In this document: positions 48,048 to 58,729 of the stretch, piece after piece
Position numbering within the stretch: position 1 is the stretch's first letter
Layout of the letters: the number at the start of each line of letters is the position of its first letter
NCBI GenBank assembly: GCA_964618145.1
Contig: CAZTZR010000002.1
Location: 384 to 64,383, forward strand
Direction of reading: 5' to 3'
DNA length: 64,000 nucleotides
Origin: an uncultured Kofleriaceae bacterium
GTDB taxonomy: Bacteria > Myxococcota_A > Polyangia > HGW-17
Notes under the pieces: generated by a model
The model's database searches: none
What the model saw: the letters and a program-made list of their open reading frames with translations, nothing else
What the model was told of the DNA's origin: nothing
Translations under genes and position numbers: made by a program

Positions 48048-49106
48048 TCATGGCCAGATCAGGGGGGGATCCAGATGCATGGCCGCCAATTGGGCTGCCA
48101 AAGCCGGACGGGAATCAGATGCCGGAAACTGTACAACCACCATCGGATAATGGGTGGGTACCTCCAGGTGGGAGATTCCAAACCGTTTTCCACTGGCCAG
48201 CCAGTACATGCGATCGGTCCCCGTTCCCAGCGCACACAACACCGTCATGCCCCACCGGGCGAACAACTCCCTGGAGAACCGCTCCTGCATGGGCACCGGT
48301 TCCAGAATTTCCACAATGGTATCCTTGCCCCGGGCACGAATCGTATTGGCAAAGGTGGTCAACCGATCCCTGAGCCGGGTCCGGAGCCTGAGCACCTGAT
48401 CATCCATCTCGGTGAAATCGCGGGTCATCGACTCAAAGTGTTCAGTGCTCACCACAAAGGAAGGATACCGGTACAGCCTGACATCCAGCGGCAGCACCTC
48501 CTGGACAAAAGCCCCCACGAGTTCCCGCACATCCTCGGGGTCGTGGACCACCGGAACCTTCAGCACAGTGGCCCGGTGGGTCGGATGCAGCCGGGCCGTG
48601 GTGATCAGGTTCCCCAGATGCTTCCGGGCTCCCGGCTTGAGTTCATACGTCTCCGAATCCATGCGTATGGAACGGCATTCCCACTGGATCTCCACCATGG
48701 AAACCTTTTCATTGTCGAATACATGCAACTGCCAATCCGTCCCGCAATCCACCGGAGCAACGGATTTGGACAATTCCAGCATCCGGAGGGTTTCCCGGGC
48801 GGATTCCCCCTGCTGGAGAAGCACTCCCACATCCACACGCCTGGACGAGAAGAGGGAAATGTCTCCAGGCACCAACAACACCCGGGTGGTGACGGAGGAA
48901 GACGTGGCGGCAAACAACCTGGAACGGGGGGCCTTCATCCGGTTCGCAAACTCGGAAAAGATGCTTTTCTTTTCCCTGGCGGGACTGACACGCTTTCCAA
49001 TCTTTTTCGGGTCCGCATTGCACCCGGAAAACAACAAGAGAAATCCATATGCCAAAAGCAAAAGAACCGGATTCAGACATCCGGTTTTGACCGGATTTTC
49101 CCTCAT
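48048..49106 (-). CDS. Lipoprotein of unknown function
   Basis: Lipobox LLFSGC. Track start trimmed from 49169 to MRENPV to remove overlap with tadA. Confidence 0.5.
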   Translation of the reverse strand: MRENPVKTGCLNPVLLLLAYGFLLLFSGCNADPKKIGKRVSPAREKKSIFSEFANRMKAPRSRLFAATSSSVTTRVLLVPGDISLFSSRRVDVGVLLQQGESARETLRMLELSKSVAPVDCGTDWQLHVFDNEKVSMVEIQWECRSIRMDSETYELKPGARKHLGNLITTARLHPTHRATVLKVPVVHDPEDVRELVGAFVQEVLPLDVRLYRYPSFVVSTEHFESMTRDFTEMDDQVLRLRTRLRDRLTTFANTIRARGKDTIVEILEPVPMQERFSRELFARWGMTVLCALGTGTDRMYWLASGKRFGISHLEVPTHYPMVVVQFPASDSRPALAAQLAAMHLDPPLIWP

Positions 49107-49588
49107 TCTTCGGCCGGATCTTCTTTTTGTCTCAGTCGGGAAAAAAAGGATTGAAGAACTTTCGAGCATGATTCGGCACAGATTCCGGATACAACTTCCA
49201 CACGGTGATTCAGACGGGGATCCTCACACAGCGCATAAAGACTGCGGACACCGCCGGCCTTGGGATCCGAAACGCCAAACACCAAAGACCGGATGCGCGC
49301 ATGCACAAGGGCGGCGGCACACATCGGACATGGCTCCAGCGTCACATATACATCCACACCGGACAAACGCCAGTCTTTCTGCGCCATCCCGACTTCCCGC
49401 AAAAGCAGGATTTCGGCATGGGCACAGGGATCCCCGGAGGTCTCGCGCAGATTATGGGCCCTGGCGATAATCCGGTTGTCCCGTACAGCCACAGCGCCCA
49501 CAGGGATTTCCCCTTTTTGGGCGGCCAGAGCGGCTTCCTCCAGCGCCGCCCGCATGAAACGGGCACGATGGGAACGGGGCGTGGTCAT
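49103..49588 (-). CDS. tadA: tRNA-specific adenosine(34) deaminase
   Basis: CDA zinc motifs HAEILLL and PCPMCAAAL. Confidence 0.88.
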   Translation of the reverse strand: MTTPRSHRARFMRAALEEAALAAQKGEIPVGAVAVRDNRIIARAHNLRETSGDPCAHAEILLLREVGMAQKDWRLSGVDVYVTLEPCPMCAAALVHARIRSLVFGVSDPKAGGVRSLYALCEDPRLNHRVEVVSGICAESCSKVLQSFFSRLRQKEDPAEE

Positions 49589-50362
49589 CTAACCGATTTG
49601 TGCAGCGGCGGCCACGATGGACGCGAAACCTTCGGCCACAAGGGCCGCTCCGCCCACCAGTGCGCCGTCAATGTCAGGACAGGCAAACAGTTCCGCCGCA
49701 TTGTCCGCCTTCACGGAACCGCCATACTGGATGATCAATTCCCCCGCGGCAGTACCGCCCCAGAGTTCCGCCACCCGGGAGCGGATAAGGGCATGTACTT
49801 CCTGGGCCTGGGCAGGTGTTGCGGTCCTTCCGGTGCCAATGGCCCACACCGGTTCGTAGGCCACTATGATCCGGGAACGGAGATCTTCCGCCACATGGGG
49901 GAGCACAGCGTCGATCTGACTGCCAACAACCTCCCAGGTCCTTTCGGCTTCGCGTTGTTCAAGGGTCTCACCCACGCAAAAGACCACTTCCAGCCCACAA
50001 GCCAGGGCGGCCTGGACCTTTTCCCGGATGACTGCATCGGTTTCCTGGAACAGGGAACGCCGTTCCGAATGCCCGAGAATGACGCCATCCATGCCCGCAT
50101 CGCGGAGCAGTGCAAACGCCACCTCACCGGTGAAGGCACCCTTTGGTGCCGGATGACCATTTTGACCCAACACCTTTACATGAGGGTGCCGTGCCACAGT
50201 CCCGCGGACAGATGGCAGGGACAGGAAAACCGGAGCCATGCCCACCACCACCCGATCCCGGAATTCCTCCGTGTGGTGGATCACCTGCCTTGCCAGTTCC
50301 ACAGACTGTTCGATGGTATTGTGCATTTTCCAGTTGCCATAAATATGGAATTTCCGGGACAT
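49589..50362 (-). CDS. tpiA: Triosephosphate isomerase
   Basis: GNWKMH, AYEPVWAIGTG, GGSV motifs. Confidence 0.9.
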   Translation of the reverse strand: MSRKFHIYGNWKMHNTIEQSVELARQVIHHTEEFRDRVVVGMAPVFLSLPSVRGTVARHPHVKVLGQNGHPAPKGAFTGEVAFALLRDAGMDGVILGHSERRSLFQETDAVIREKVQAALACGLEVVFCVGETLEQREAERTWEVVGSQIDAVLPHVAEDLRSRIIVAYEPVWAIGTGRTATPAQAQEVHALIRSRVAELWGGTAAGELIIQYGGSVKADNAAELFACPDIDGALVGGAALVAEGFASIVAAAAQIG

Positions 50363-50381
50363 GGGATTTCCTTTCTGTTTC

Positions 50382-51572
50382 CTATTTTTCCAGGGCTGCC
50401 ACGCCGGGAAGAATGCGGCCTTCCATCATTTCCAGGGAAGCACCGCCTCCGGTGGATACATGGCTGATCCGGTCGCCGACCTGGGCCTTGTTGATGGCGG
50501 CAACGGAATCTCCACCACCTACGACGGATACAGCCGAACCCGTGGCCACGGCCCGGGCCACCGACAACGTACCCTCGGCCAGAACCGGGTTTTCAAATAC
50601 TCCCATGGGACCGTTCCAGAAGATGGTGGCCGCCGTGCCGATCACCTCGGCAAAGGCCCTTCGGGTTTCAGGTCCGATGTCCAGGGCCATGCGATCCGCA
50701 GGAACCACTGCGCCGGCAGCCACGGTTTCCACTTCTACCGCATCCAGGGAGGATGCCACCACCAGATCGGAAGGAAGCAGCAATTCCACGTTCCGGGCGC
50801 GGGCCGCCTCTTCGATTTCCCTGCAGAGGCCGAACTTGTCTTCCTCCACCCGGGAAGCACCGAGTTCCCGTCCGCGGGCGGCCAGGAACGTGTTGGCCAT
50901 GGCCCCCCCGATGAGGATGGCGTTGACCCGTTCCAGCAGGTTCCGGATGACTCCCACCTTGTCGGCCACCTTGGCACCGCCCAGAATGGCCACAAACGGT
51001 TTGTCGGGATTTTTCAGCAATTTGGTGAAAAACTCCACTTCCTTCATCATCAGGAAGCCGGCACCCTTGTCATCGAAGTGCTCCACCATACCGGCAGTGG
51101 AACCATGGGCGCGATGCGCGGTCCCGAAGGCATCGTTGATGTACACATCGGCCAGGGCTGCCAGTTCCTTCGAAAAAGCCGGATCATTTCCCTCTTCTCC
51201 GGAATCGTAGCGCAGGTTTTCCAGCAACAGGATCTGGTTGGGCTTCAGGTCGGCCGCAAGCCGGGTAACCCCGTCACCCACGGGCTCGTCCGCCACCAGG
51301 ATTTCCACGCCGGGCAGTTTTTCCGCCAGGACTTTTCCCACCGGCTGCATGCTGTATTTCGGATCGGGTTTTCCCTTGGGCCGGCCAAGATGGCTGGCCA
51401 GAATCACCCGGGCACCCTGTTCCTGGGCATACCGGATGGTCGGCAGGGCGGCGTCAATGCGTGTGGTGTCGGACACCTCTCCCGTAGCCTTGTCGAAGGG
51501 CACGTTGAAATCCACCCGGATGAAGACACGTTTTCCCTCGATGGGGATGTCACGGATGCTGTAGATAGCCAT
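50382..51572 (-). CDS. pgk: Phosphoglycerate kinase
   Basis: RVDFNVP, ILASHLGRPKG, GGGAS motifs. Confidence 0.93.
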   Translation of the reverse strand: MAIYSIRDIPIEGKRVFIRVDFNVPFDKATGEVSDTTRIDAALPTIRYAQEQGARVILASHLGRPKGKPDPKYSMQPVGKVLAEKLPGVEILVADEPVGDGVTRLAADLKPNQILLLENLRYDSGEEGNDPAFSKELAALADVYINDAFGTAHRAHGSTAGMVEHFDDKGAGFLMMKEVEFFTKLLKNPDKPFVAILGGAKVADKVGVIRNLLERVNAILIGGAMANTFLAARGRELGASRVEEDKFGLCREIEEAARARNVELLLPSDLVVASSLDAVEVETVAAGAVVPADRMALDIGPETRRAFAEVIGTAATIFWNGPMGVFENPVLAEGTLSVARAVATGSAVSVVGGGDSVAAINKAQVGDRISHVSTGGGASLEMMEGRILPGVAALEK

Positions 51573-51617
51573 TTCTCACCCCTTGTTCCTCGCGATGTGT
51601 TTCGCGACGGACTCGTT

Positions 51618-52619
51618 TTACAGTTTGGCCGCCACCAGTTGGGCCAGGTCCAGAAGCCGGGCGGAATACCCCACTTCATTGTCATACCAGGCCAGCGTCT
51701 TGACCATGTTCCCCATGACGGTGGTGTTGGCCAGATCCACCGTGGAGGAAGCCTGCGAACCATTGAAGTCAATGGAAACCAGCGGCTCCGAGCACACATG
51801 CAGGTAGCCCGCCAGGGGACCCTCCACACTGGCCCGACGCAGGGCTTCGTTGACTTCCTGGGCGTTGGTGGCCTTTTCCACCGTGCAGACGAAATCCACC
51901 ACCGACACGTTCGGGGTGGGAACCCGCATGGCAAAACCGTCGATCTTGCCATTGAGTTCCGGCATCACCAGACCGATGGCCTTCGCGGCACCCGTGGTGG
52001 TGGGAATCATGGAGAGGGCGGCGGCCCGGGCACGACGCAGATCCTTGTGGGGCAGGTCCAGAATGTTCTGGTCGTTGGTGTAGGAATGGATGGTGGTCAT
52101 CAGGCCATGCTGGATCTTGTAGTTGTCGTGCAGCACCTTAACCACCGGGGCCAGGCAGTTGGTGGTGCAGGAAGCATTGCTCATGACATGATGCTTGTCG
52201 GGATCGTAATTGTTCTCGTTCACACCCAGAACGAACGTGGGTACGCCCTTTTCACCGGGAGCGGAAATCAACACCTTGCGGGCGCCGGCATCCAGATGGG
52301 GCTGGGCCTTTTCCAGGGAGCGGAAGATACCCGTGCATTCCAGCACGATATCCACACCCAGATCCCGCCAGGGGAGTTCCGCCGGATTTTTCACGGCGTA
52401 GATTTTCGCATGGTGTTTTCCCACCATCAGCGTATCCCCTTCAAGATGGACATCCTGAAAGGCTCCGTGCACGGAGTCATATTTGAACAGGTGTGCCAGC
52501 GTGGCGGGACTGGTGAGATCGTTGATGGCAACAACCTGCAGCGTGCTTTCCCGCTGGGCCAGAAGACGCAGCACCGCGCGTCCGATTCGTCCAAAACCAT
52601 TGATTGCTACTTTCGTCAT
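51618..52619 (-). CDS. gap: Glyceraldehyde-3-phosphate dehydrogenase (type I)
   Basis: [12 protein letters not shown] motif, [10 protein letters not shown] catalytic Cys. RBS AGGAGG upstream of MTKVAING. The track start at 52685 is an upstream extension. Confidence 0.93.
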   Translation of the reverse strand: MTKVAINGFGRIGRAVLRLLAQRESTLQVVAINDLTSPATLAHLFKYDSVHGAFQDVHLEGDTLMVGKHHAKIYAVKNPAELPWRDLGVDIVLECTGIFRSLEKAQPHLDAGARKVLISAPGEKGVPTFVLGVNENNYDPDKHHVMSNASCTTNCLAPVVKVLHDNYKIQHGLMTTIHSYTNDQNILDLPHKDLRRARAAALSMIPTTTGAAKAIGLVMPELNGKIDGFAMRVPTPNVSVVDFVCTVEKATNAQEVNEALRRASVEGPLAGYLHVCSEPLVSIDFNGSQASSTVDLANTTVMGNMVKTLAWYDNEVGYSARLLDLAQLVAAKL

Positions 52620-52736
52620 GTGAACCTCCTTGGGGTTGACGTGAAACCGGTCCCGAGAGTATGTGAAATACCCATTTCCTGTCAAGTCAGAAGAATGGGG
52701 TTCCGGACGGTCACCAAATGTTTTTTCGATTGTTTC

Positions 52737-55208
52737 CTAATGGATGATGAAGGGGACGCGGGCGTCAAACAACACATTGAAACCAAACAGGAAATCCATG
52801 GCGAACGACCAGTTTCCCCCCTGACGCTTCAGGGCATAGGCTTCATGGGTGAAGTTGAAGAAGATCCGGTTGGACAGGGCAAAGTATAATTTGTTTGTCG
52901 CCTGGATCTCATAGGCTTTCGGGGTCCCGTCGCTGTCCAGGATGAATCCGTCCAGACGACTCTCCCCCTTGACTCCCTGTCCGAAGACCTTGAACAGATC
53001 CCCGTTGTTGAGTTGCCATCCGGCATATATGGTGCGCTGGGCCTTGACGTCCTCTTCTCCGTATTCCCGGCGAAGACCCGCTCCGGCCTTGAAGAACAGC
53101 CGGTTCTCCCAGACTTCCATCCCCATGCCGACAACCCCGGTGAACAGTTTTGCCCGGTAGGTTTCGTCCCGCAGGGAGGCGGTGAACTCCGTGTTGTATC
53201 CCACATCCACGAAAGGAATGGGAGCCCACCAGGAACCCTTCCACCAGGTGTTCTTGGGGCTCTTCAACTGGTACAGCACATTGAAGCGCACTTCATCGGC
53301 CGTTTCCTTGTCAATGTCGATGGTCTGCCCCAATTCGTCTTCAATGGTCGTCCATGTCTTGCCATACAGCAGCCGGGTCCGCATGGACAGCGCGTGGTTG
53401 ACATTGGAAATCCCCGTAAAGAAAGTGATATCCACGTTCACGGAAGTCAGATCCCGACCCATCAACTTGGGCTTGTCTTCATACAGACCCGACTGGTAGA
53501 TGCTCGAATGCCCAAAGGTGATGCCGACATTTCCTCCACCGTTCCACACATAATTCTTCCATAGATCCGGAAAATCCGAGGCAAAATCCAGTTTGCGGCT
53601 TTCCTCGTTGCGGTTCTGGAAAAACCCGATCACCAACTGCCGGACCCCTTTTTCCAGGGTTGAAAAGTCGGTACGGGGAGTCAGAATGCCGCCGCCGCCG
53701 GACATGACATACTGGGTGCTGACCACCTTGTAGTGCAATTCGTCTTCAATGTCCCGCTGGTTGATGGTGAATCCGCCCCCTTTTTTCGCCTCCAGACCCA
53801 GCACTTTGAGGGCTCCGTCCTTCTTGTCGGCATACGCCCCCAGCAAACCCTTGATGTCCTTGCCCTTCAAATGCAGTGTCACAATCCCGGAATCACTGCG
53901 GATCAGTCGTGCGATCATTTCCCTGGTAACCGTTCCGGTGACCGGAAAGTCGTATTGCATGAGGATATCCCGGTTGATCACCGCCAGTTCGGCCCGCTCC
54001 GATGCCCGCATGATGCCCAGAATGTATCCGAGGAAACTGTCCAGATCCATGGATCCGTCGATGATGTTCTTGCCGAGGGGAACATTGAATGCCTCGCAGA
54101 ATTTCGAAACATACAGGGTACCCGGATCGGCTTCGGTAAGGTTTTCCACCGTGACAGGCACATCCATGGCTTCACTTTCGGAAGCGTTCACATCAAAACC
54201 GCCGCCCTCTTTGGGCGCAAGCGCCAGCCGCAACCTTGTGATGCTGCGTCCGAAACGGGAGGACCCCACAATCAGGGATCCGTGGTTGCGCTTGATCAGG
54301 CTGATGAATCCCAGTTTGACCACATTCGGGGACTGGCTCTGGGAAGCGAATACCACATGGGGTTCGGGAACATCCAGACCCCGCAAAAAAGACAGCACCT
54401 GGGCCGGATAGGTGATCTCCGTGTCCAGGTGGGAAACGAGGAAGATCAGGTGCACACCCTCTTTGACGAGTTTTTCGTGGGATTCCTTGTAGGCCTTGGC
54501 GGGAGCTGTGAACTTGAAAAGTTCCCGGGAGGCTTTGGGCAGGCGGGCGGTGTGGTTTTCGGGAAACAGGGCCACAATCCCGATTTTCACCCCATCCATT
54601 TCGAAAATGTGATGTGTCCGGATGCGCTCTGCACAGGCCTTTTCCTTTCCCTTTTCGCACTCGATGTTGGTGGCCAGCAAGGGAATCTCCTGCCGGAAAA
54701 ACATGCGCGAAGCCATTTCCAGAACCCCGTCCGTAGCCAGAAAATCCTGGGGACCCCAGGCATTGACCACCATACCCATTTTCTTGTAATTGGACGCAAC
54801 AAACACCGCTCCGGAAAGGTTTTCCAGCAGGTAAAGTCCCATGGCATCGGGTGAAAACAGGTTTCCACCACCTATCATGGCCAGGGGTTTTCCCTCCTGG
54901 TCCAGTTGCTGCCGGATCCTGTCCACCTGTTCCACCATGGAAAGCAGGTAGGACCGGGGATTTTTCCCCGTGCAATCCGGGGTAAAAAACCGACCGTACA
55001 GGTCGGAAGTATAAACAAAGTTCAGTTGTTTCAGTTCCCTGGCTTCGGGTGACCCGGATTCACCGGGCTTTTCGGCTTTCTCCCCCTTTTCCGGCGGATC
55101 GGCGTGTTCTTTATGGTCAGGATCATGTTTTTCTCCCGGTTTGGACGTATCCGCCCAGACCCTGCCGGAACCGAAAAACACGAATAGCAATATGAGTATT
55201 TGTTTCAT
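52737..55208 (-). CDS. Secreted protein: degenerate (probably inactive) calcineurin-like/5'-nucleotidase-type phosphoesterase domain fused to a C-terminal beta-barrel-like domain
   Basis: Signal peptide MKQILILLFVFFGSGRVWA. Metallophosphoesterase-like motifs with substitutions (SDLYGR instead of DxH, GGGN instead of GD, ATNIE instead of GNHE). C-terminal ~400 aa of alternating aromatic beta-strands ending FIIH. Confidence 0.55.
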   Translation of the reverse strand: MKQILILLFVFFGSGRVWADTSKPGEKHDPDHKEHADPPEKGEKAEKPGESGSPEARELKQLNFVYTSDLYGRFFTPDCTGKNPRSYLLSMVEQVDRIRQQLDQEGKPLAMIGGGNLFSPDAMGLYLLENLSGAVFVASNYKKMGMVVNAWGPQDFLATDGVLEMASRMFFRQEIPLLATNIECEKGKEKACAERIRTHHIFEMDGVKIGIVALFPENHTARLPKASRELFKFTAPAKAYKESHEKLVKEGVHLIFLVSHLDTEITYPAQVLSFLRGLDVPEPHVVFASQSQSPNVVKLGFISLIKRNHGSLIVGSSRFGRSITRLRLALAPKEGGGFDVNASESEAMDVPVTVENLTEADPGTLYVSKFCEAFNVPLGKNIIDGSMDLDSFLGYILGIMRASERAELAVINRDILMQYDFPVTGTVTREMIARLIRSDSGIVTLHLKGKDIKGLLGAYADKKDGALKVLGLEAKKGGGFTINQRDIEDELHYKVVSTQYVMSGGGGILTPRTDFSTLEKGVRQLVIGFFQNRNEESRKLDFASDFPDLWKNYVWNGGGNVGITFGHSSIYQSGLYEDKPKLMGRDLTSVNVDITFFTGISNVNHALSMRTRLLYGKTWTTIEDELGQTIDIDKETADEVRFNVLYQLKSPKNTWWKGSWWAPIPFVDVGYNTEFTASLRDETYRAKLFTGVVGMGMEVWENRLFFKAGAGLRREYGEEDVKAQRTIYAGWQLNNGDLFKVFGQGVKGESRLDGFILDSDGTPKAYEIQATNKLYFALSNRIFFNFTHEAYALKRQGGNWSFAMDFLFGFNVLFDARVPFIIH

Positions 55209-55342
55209 GGGGCATCCTTTCAATATATGATTAAACATAGCCCGTCAAAGATAATGGAAATGTATTTCCGTTTTTTCCTCTTGTCAATTCCTGTTTTTCG
55301 TGTAGCGTTTTGAACAACCTATTTTTTTTTGGAGGTTTCTAC

Positions 55343-56158
55343 ATGAACTTTGAAAAACTCTGGTACAGTTATCAACCCCATATCACCGCACTGAGCCTGC
55401 GCATTCTGGCCGTCGTCATCATCTACATTGGTGGCAAGATTGCGTTGCGCATCATCGACAGCATTCTGGACAGGTTGTTCAAGAAGACCAAAATCGACAC
55501 CACCGTCACCCGTTTTTTGCGCAACCTCATCCACGTGGCGGTCAATGTGTTCGTCTTTCTGGCCATACTCAGCAAACTCGGCATTGAAACCACCTCGTTT
55601 GTGGCCATCCTCGGTGCAGCCACCCTGGCCATCGGTTTTGCCCTTCAGGGTTCTTTGGCCAATTTTTCGGCCGGAGTGCTCATCATGCTCTTTCGCCCCT
55701 TCAAGGTGGGTGATGTCATCGAAGCCAGCGGTCAGATCGGTGTCGTGGACACCATCGGAATCCTGGTGTGCGAGTTGACCTCCCCGGACAACCGGCACAT
55801 CATCATTCCCAATGGCAAGATCATGGCCGACACCATCATCAACTACACCTCCCTGGGTACCCGCCGAATTGACCTGGTGGTGGGCGTTTCCTATGGTGCC
55901 AACCTTCAAAAAGCCCAGCAGGTCATGCTGGATGAACTGAAGAAAAACCCGAAGATTCTGGAGGAACCCGAACCCGTGGTAGCATTGAGCGAACTGGCTG
56001 ACAGTTCCCTGAACTTCGTGGTCCGCCCTTGGGTGAATGTCGCCGACTACTGGACTGTCCGGGCCGAGGTGCTCGTCGCCATCAAGGACCGCCTGGACGC
56101 CGAAGGCATCGAAATCCCCTTCCCCCAGCGGGACGTGCATCTGCATCAAGTAAAATAG
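55343..56158 (+). CDS. mscS: Small-conductance mechanosensitive channel
   Basis: Three TM helices plus the conserved MscS beta-domain (GDVIEASGQIGVVDTIGILVCELTSPDNRHIIIPN). RBS GGAGG upstream of the ATG at 55343. Confidence 0.85.
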   Translation: MNFEKLWYSYQPHITALSLRILAVVIIYIGGKIALRIIDSILDRLFKKTKIDTTVTRFLRNLIHVAVNVFVFLAILSKLGIETTSFVAILGAATLAIGFALQGSLANFSAGVLIMLFRPFKVGDVIEASGQIGVVDTIGILVCELTSPDNRHIIIPNGKIMADTIINYTSLGTRRIDLVVGVSYGANLQKAQQVMLDELKKNPKILEEPEPVVALSELADSSLNFVVRPWVNVADYWTVRAEVLVAIKDRLDAEGIEIPFPQRDVHLHQVK

Positions 56159-56460
56159 GTCCGTCCTTTCGCCTGGCGGGTTTTCCGCGTCAACTGTTTT
56201 TAAAAAGCCCCGCATGATCCACCAGGGCAATAGAGTTCACATTTTTCCCAGTTCAACTGAGATTGAAGGTGAGGGTCAAGGTACCTTAAGGAACCGTACT
56301 TTTCCGGGAGATCCTCGACTGCTTACCACTTTCGGTGTTCACGGCAGAAACAACGGGATCAGACTTTTGGGCCCTTGTCCAGAAAAAACAGAACTCGATT
56401 GCCCTGCATGATCCTCAAGGGGTCGTTGTATTTCGGGGGACTTCATGGTATTCACTCTGC

Positions 56461-57094
56461 CATGACCGTTGTGGATCTTCTGCGCCTGGTGGTGACAGGT
56501 CTTTTCGTGTGGCTTTTACGGCCGCATCTGGCTCTTTTGTGGCGTTTTGCCCTGCCCGGACGTGTGCGGCACGCCTTGCTTCCCCAGGAACGGCCCCCCG
56601 AAGGTCTCTGGAAAAAAATGCTGGAACAGGCGGGTTTTAAACCCGTCGGATTCAGGCGGGAAAGAATTCCCCTTCTGGAAAACCGGGGCTTTTTCGTATT
56701 TCATCACTCTGAGGGTGTATATGCGGATGTTCCGGAACAGGCCTTCTTCTCCCCCCGTAAACAGGTTCCCACCGGACTGTACCTGACCACCTGGTTGCCG
56801 GACACCCTGTTCCTGATCACCAAGCGCGTGGGAGGAAACATCCATCAGGATCTGTATGTTTCACAGAAACGTTCCGGATCCCTCCAGGACATGATGCGGG
56901 CCCACCGGGCCACGCTGCTGCAACTCGGACTCGGCCAGAACGTGGACGAGCCGGGCACCTGCGAACGCCGGGAGGAAATCTTCCGGCTGTGGCATGCCCG
57001 GTTTGCGAGGATCGAACAGAGGAATTTTGCCGTACTCTCATTCGTTCTGAGCATCATTATGATCGTTTTTTTGATACGAATGTGGATGATATGA
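56461..57094 (+). CDS. Hypothetical membrane protein (N- and C-terminal TM helices)
   Basis: ORF abutting the next gene; start uncertain (track 56375). Confidence 0.35.
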
Positions 57095-57095
57095 A

Positions 57096-58673
57096 ATGAA
57101 CATGACTTGCGCTCCCCCTCCGTCATGGCCCCTTTTACTCCGCAACCGGCAAGTCCGGTTCCTGGTCTGGTGTCTTTTCCTGCCGGGACTTTTCGTCTCC
57201 TGCAGCGAAACCTGGCAACTGAAATTCGATGTCATCACCGCTGCGGACAACAATCCGTTTGAAGACATCCACACACTGGAAGTGACACTCAGTGGCATTA
57301 CCCGCACCGTGCAATGCAGTGACTCCGGTTGCCCGTTTGATGTGAAGTTCAAACTGCAGGAAGGGGAGACAGGACGGCTCGTCCTGAAAGGTTACAACGC
57401 CGACAACCTCATGGTGGCGGCGGGTTTCTCTCCCCGATTCACCGCAGTGGATGCCGCCGTGAGACTGGGAGTCCATTTGGGACGGCTCCAGAGCGCCGGC
57501 GTGGTGGACACCTTTTTCGAGGCTCCCCCGGAGCATGCGTCAGTGGCACCATTGCATGCCCCGGGTCCCCGGGATCTTTCCACCAATGTGGGTACCCTGC
57601 TCTTCGGGGGGAAAAACCTCGAAGGTCTGCCTTCGGACGAAGTCTGGTATTACGACCCGTACATTTTGGCCCTGATCCCCCAGCCTCCCCTGAGTCTGCC
57701 CCTTTCAGGCGCCGGGATCATGGAACTGGGGAACGGCAATTTCCTGTTGTATGGGGGCCAAACGGAAAACAACCGCATCTCCGGAACCATGCTGTACTAC
57801 ACGACTTCCTCCGTACAGGCTCCCGGAAGCCACGTCATCACGTTGCCGCCGGACCAGGCTCCGGTTCCAGCCGCATTTGTCCGGACCGTGGAAATCGGTC
57901 CTTTTGACAGTCTTTTCGATTCCTCCACAAATGAATATCTCTTGACTGCATTCTTGCTGCTGTCCGGTGAAACGGAAGACCAGTCCCCCGCGCCGATCAC
58001 TTGGGTCTTCGTATATTATTCCATCCAGACCTCCACCACCACCATCCGGACATCCCGCAGCGAACTGACCCTGCCTGCAGGGGTATCCGCCATGGCCACC
58101 CGGCTGCATGACACCGCATACAGGATCATTATTCCGGAATCCCGATTGTTCCTCACGGCGACAGTGGAAACCGGTCCGCTGGGACTGACCCCGCTTTTGG
58201 TGACCGAGGACATGCCGGAACTTCCCGAACGCTCGGGGTGGCACCTTGTTCCTGCAGGCGATGAGAGGATGCTTGCCATAGCGGGCAGGGATTCCGAAGG
58301 ACATTGCGTGGCCGAATGGTTTGACGTACACATGCGGGCAAAGACCGTGACCCCCCTGCCAGGAGGACCCCAACGGTGTGACGGACGGTTTTTCCAGGTT
58401 GGAAAACTGCTGGTGGCTGTGGGCGGCGTGAACATGGAAGATCTGTCCATCCAGTCTGCATGCTGGGAAATGAATGCCACCGAAACGGGCATATCCCTCG
58501 GGGAACGCCTGGACATCACGGGGGCAATTTCCAGAAAACATCCCCAGGTGTTCATGCTTCCTTCGGGAAACCTGGCCGCATACGGTGGCAGGCATCCGGA
58601 CACCAACGAACTTGCAGTTGCCCTGGAACTGTTTACATTTGACCCCAGAATCAGTATGGTACCCTCACCATGA
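57096..58673 (+). CDS. Lipoprotein with Kelch/beta-propeller-like repeats
   Basis: Lipobox LFVSC. Repeated GG-containing blades (LLFGGKNLEG, FLLYGGQTENN, LVAVGGVNMED, LAAYGGRHPD). Confidence 0.5.
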   Translation: MNMTCAPPPSWPLLLRNRQVRFLVWCLFLPGLFVSCSETWQLKFDVITAADNNPFEDIHTLEVTLSGITRTVQCSDSGCPFDVKFKLQEGETGRLVLKGYNADNLMVAAGFSPRFTAVDAAVRLGVHLGRLQSAGVVDTFFEAPPEHASVAPLHAPGPRDLSTNVGTLLFGGKNLEGLPSDEVWYYDPYILALIPQPPLSLPLSGAGIMELGNGNFLLYGGQTENNRISGTMLYYTTSSVQAPGSHVITLPPDQAPVPAAFVRTVEIGPFDSLFDSSTNEYLLTAFLLLSGETEDQSPAPITWVFVYYSIQTSTTTIRTSRSELTLPAGVSAMATRLHDTAYRIIIPESRLFLTATVETGPLGLTPLLVTEDMPELPERSGWHLVPAGDERMLAIAGRDSEGHCVAEWFDVHMRAKTVTPLPGGPQRCDGRFFQVGKLLVAVGGVNMEDLSIQSACWEMNATETGISLGERLDITGAISRKHPQVFMLPSGNLAAYGGRHPDTNELAVALELFTFDPRISMVPSP

Positions 58674-58729
58674 CTTCAACCCTATCCGGATCCCTGGATC
58701 CAATCCAACCCCATTGAAGGAGAGAATCT

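Noticed and set aside
48048-49169. Full-length 373-aa track ORF overlapping tadA by 67 bp
   Set aside because: An internal start at MRENPV (49106) yields a proper signal peptide and lipobox with only a 4-bp overlap. The upstream extension is not needed.
56159-56460. 300-bp intergenic region after mscS as a possible ncRNA or riboswitch
   Set aside because: No recognisable conserved riboswitch motif or stable extended structure was found by eye. It more likely contains the promoter and 5' region of the following membrane-protein gene, whose start is uncertain.
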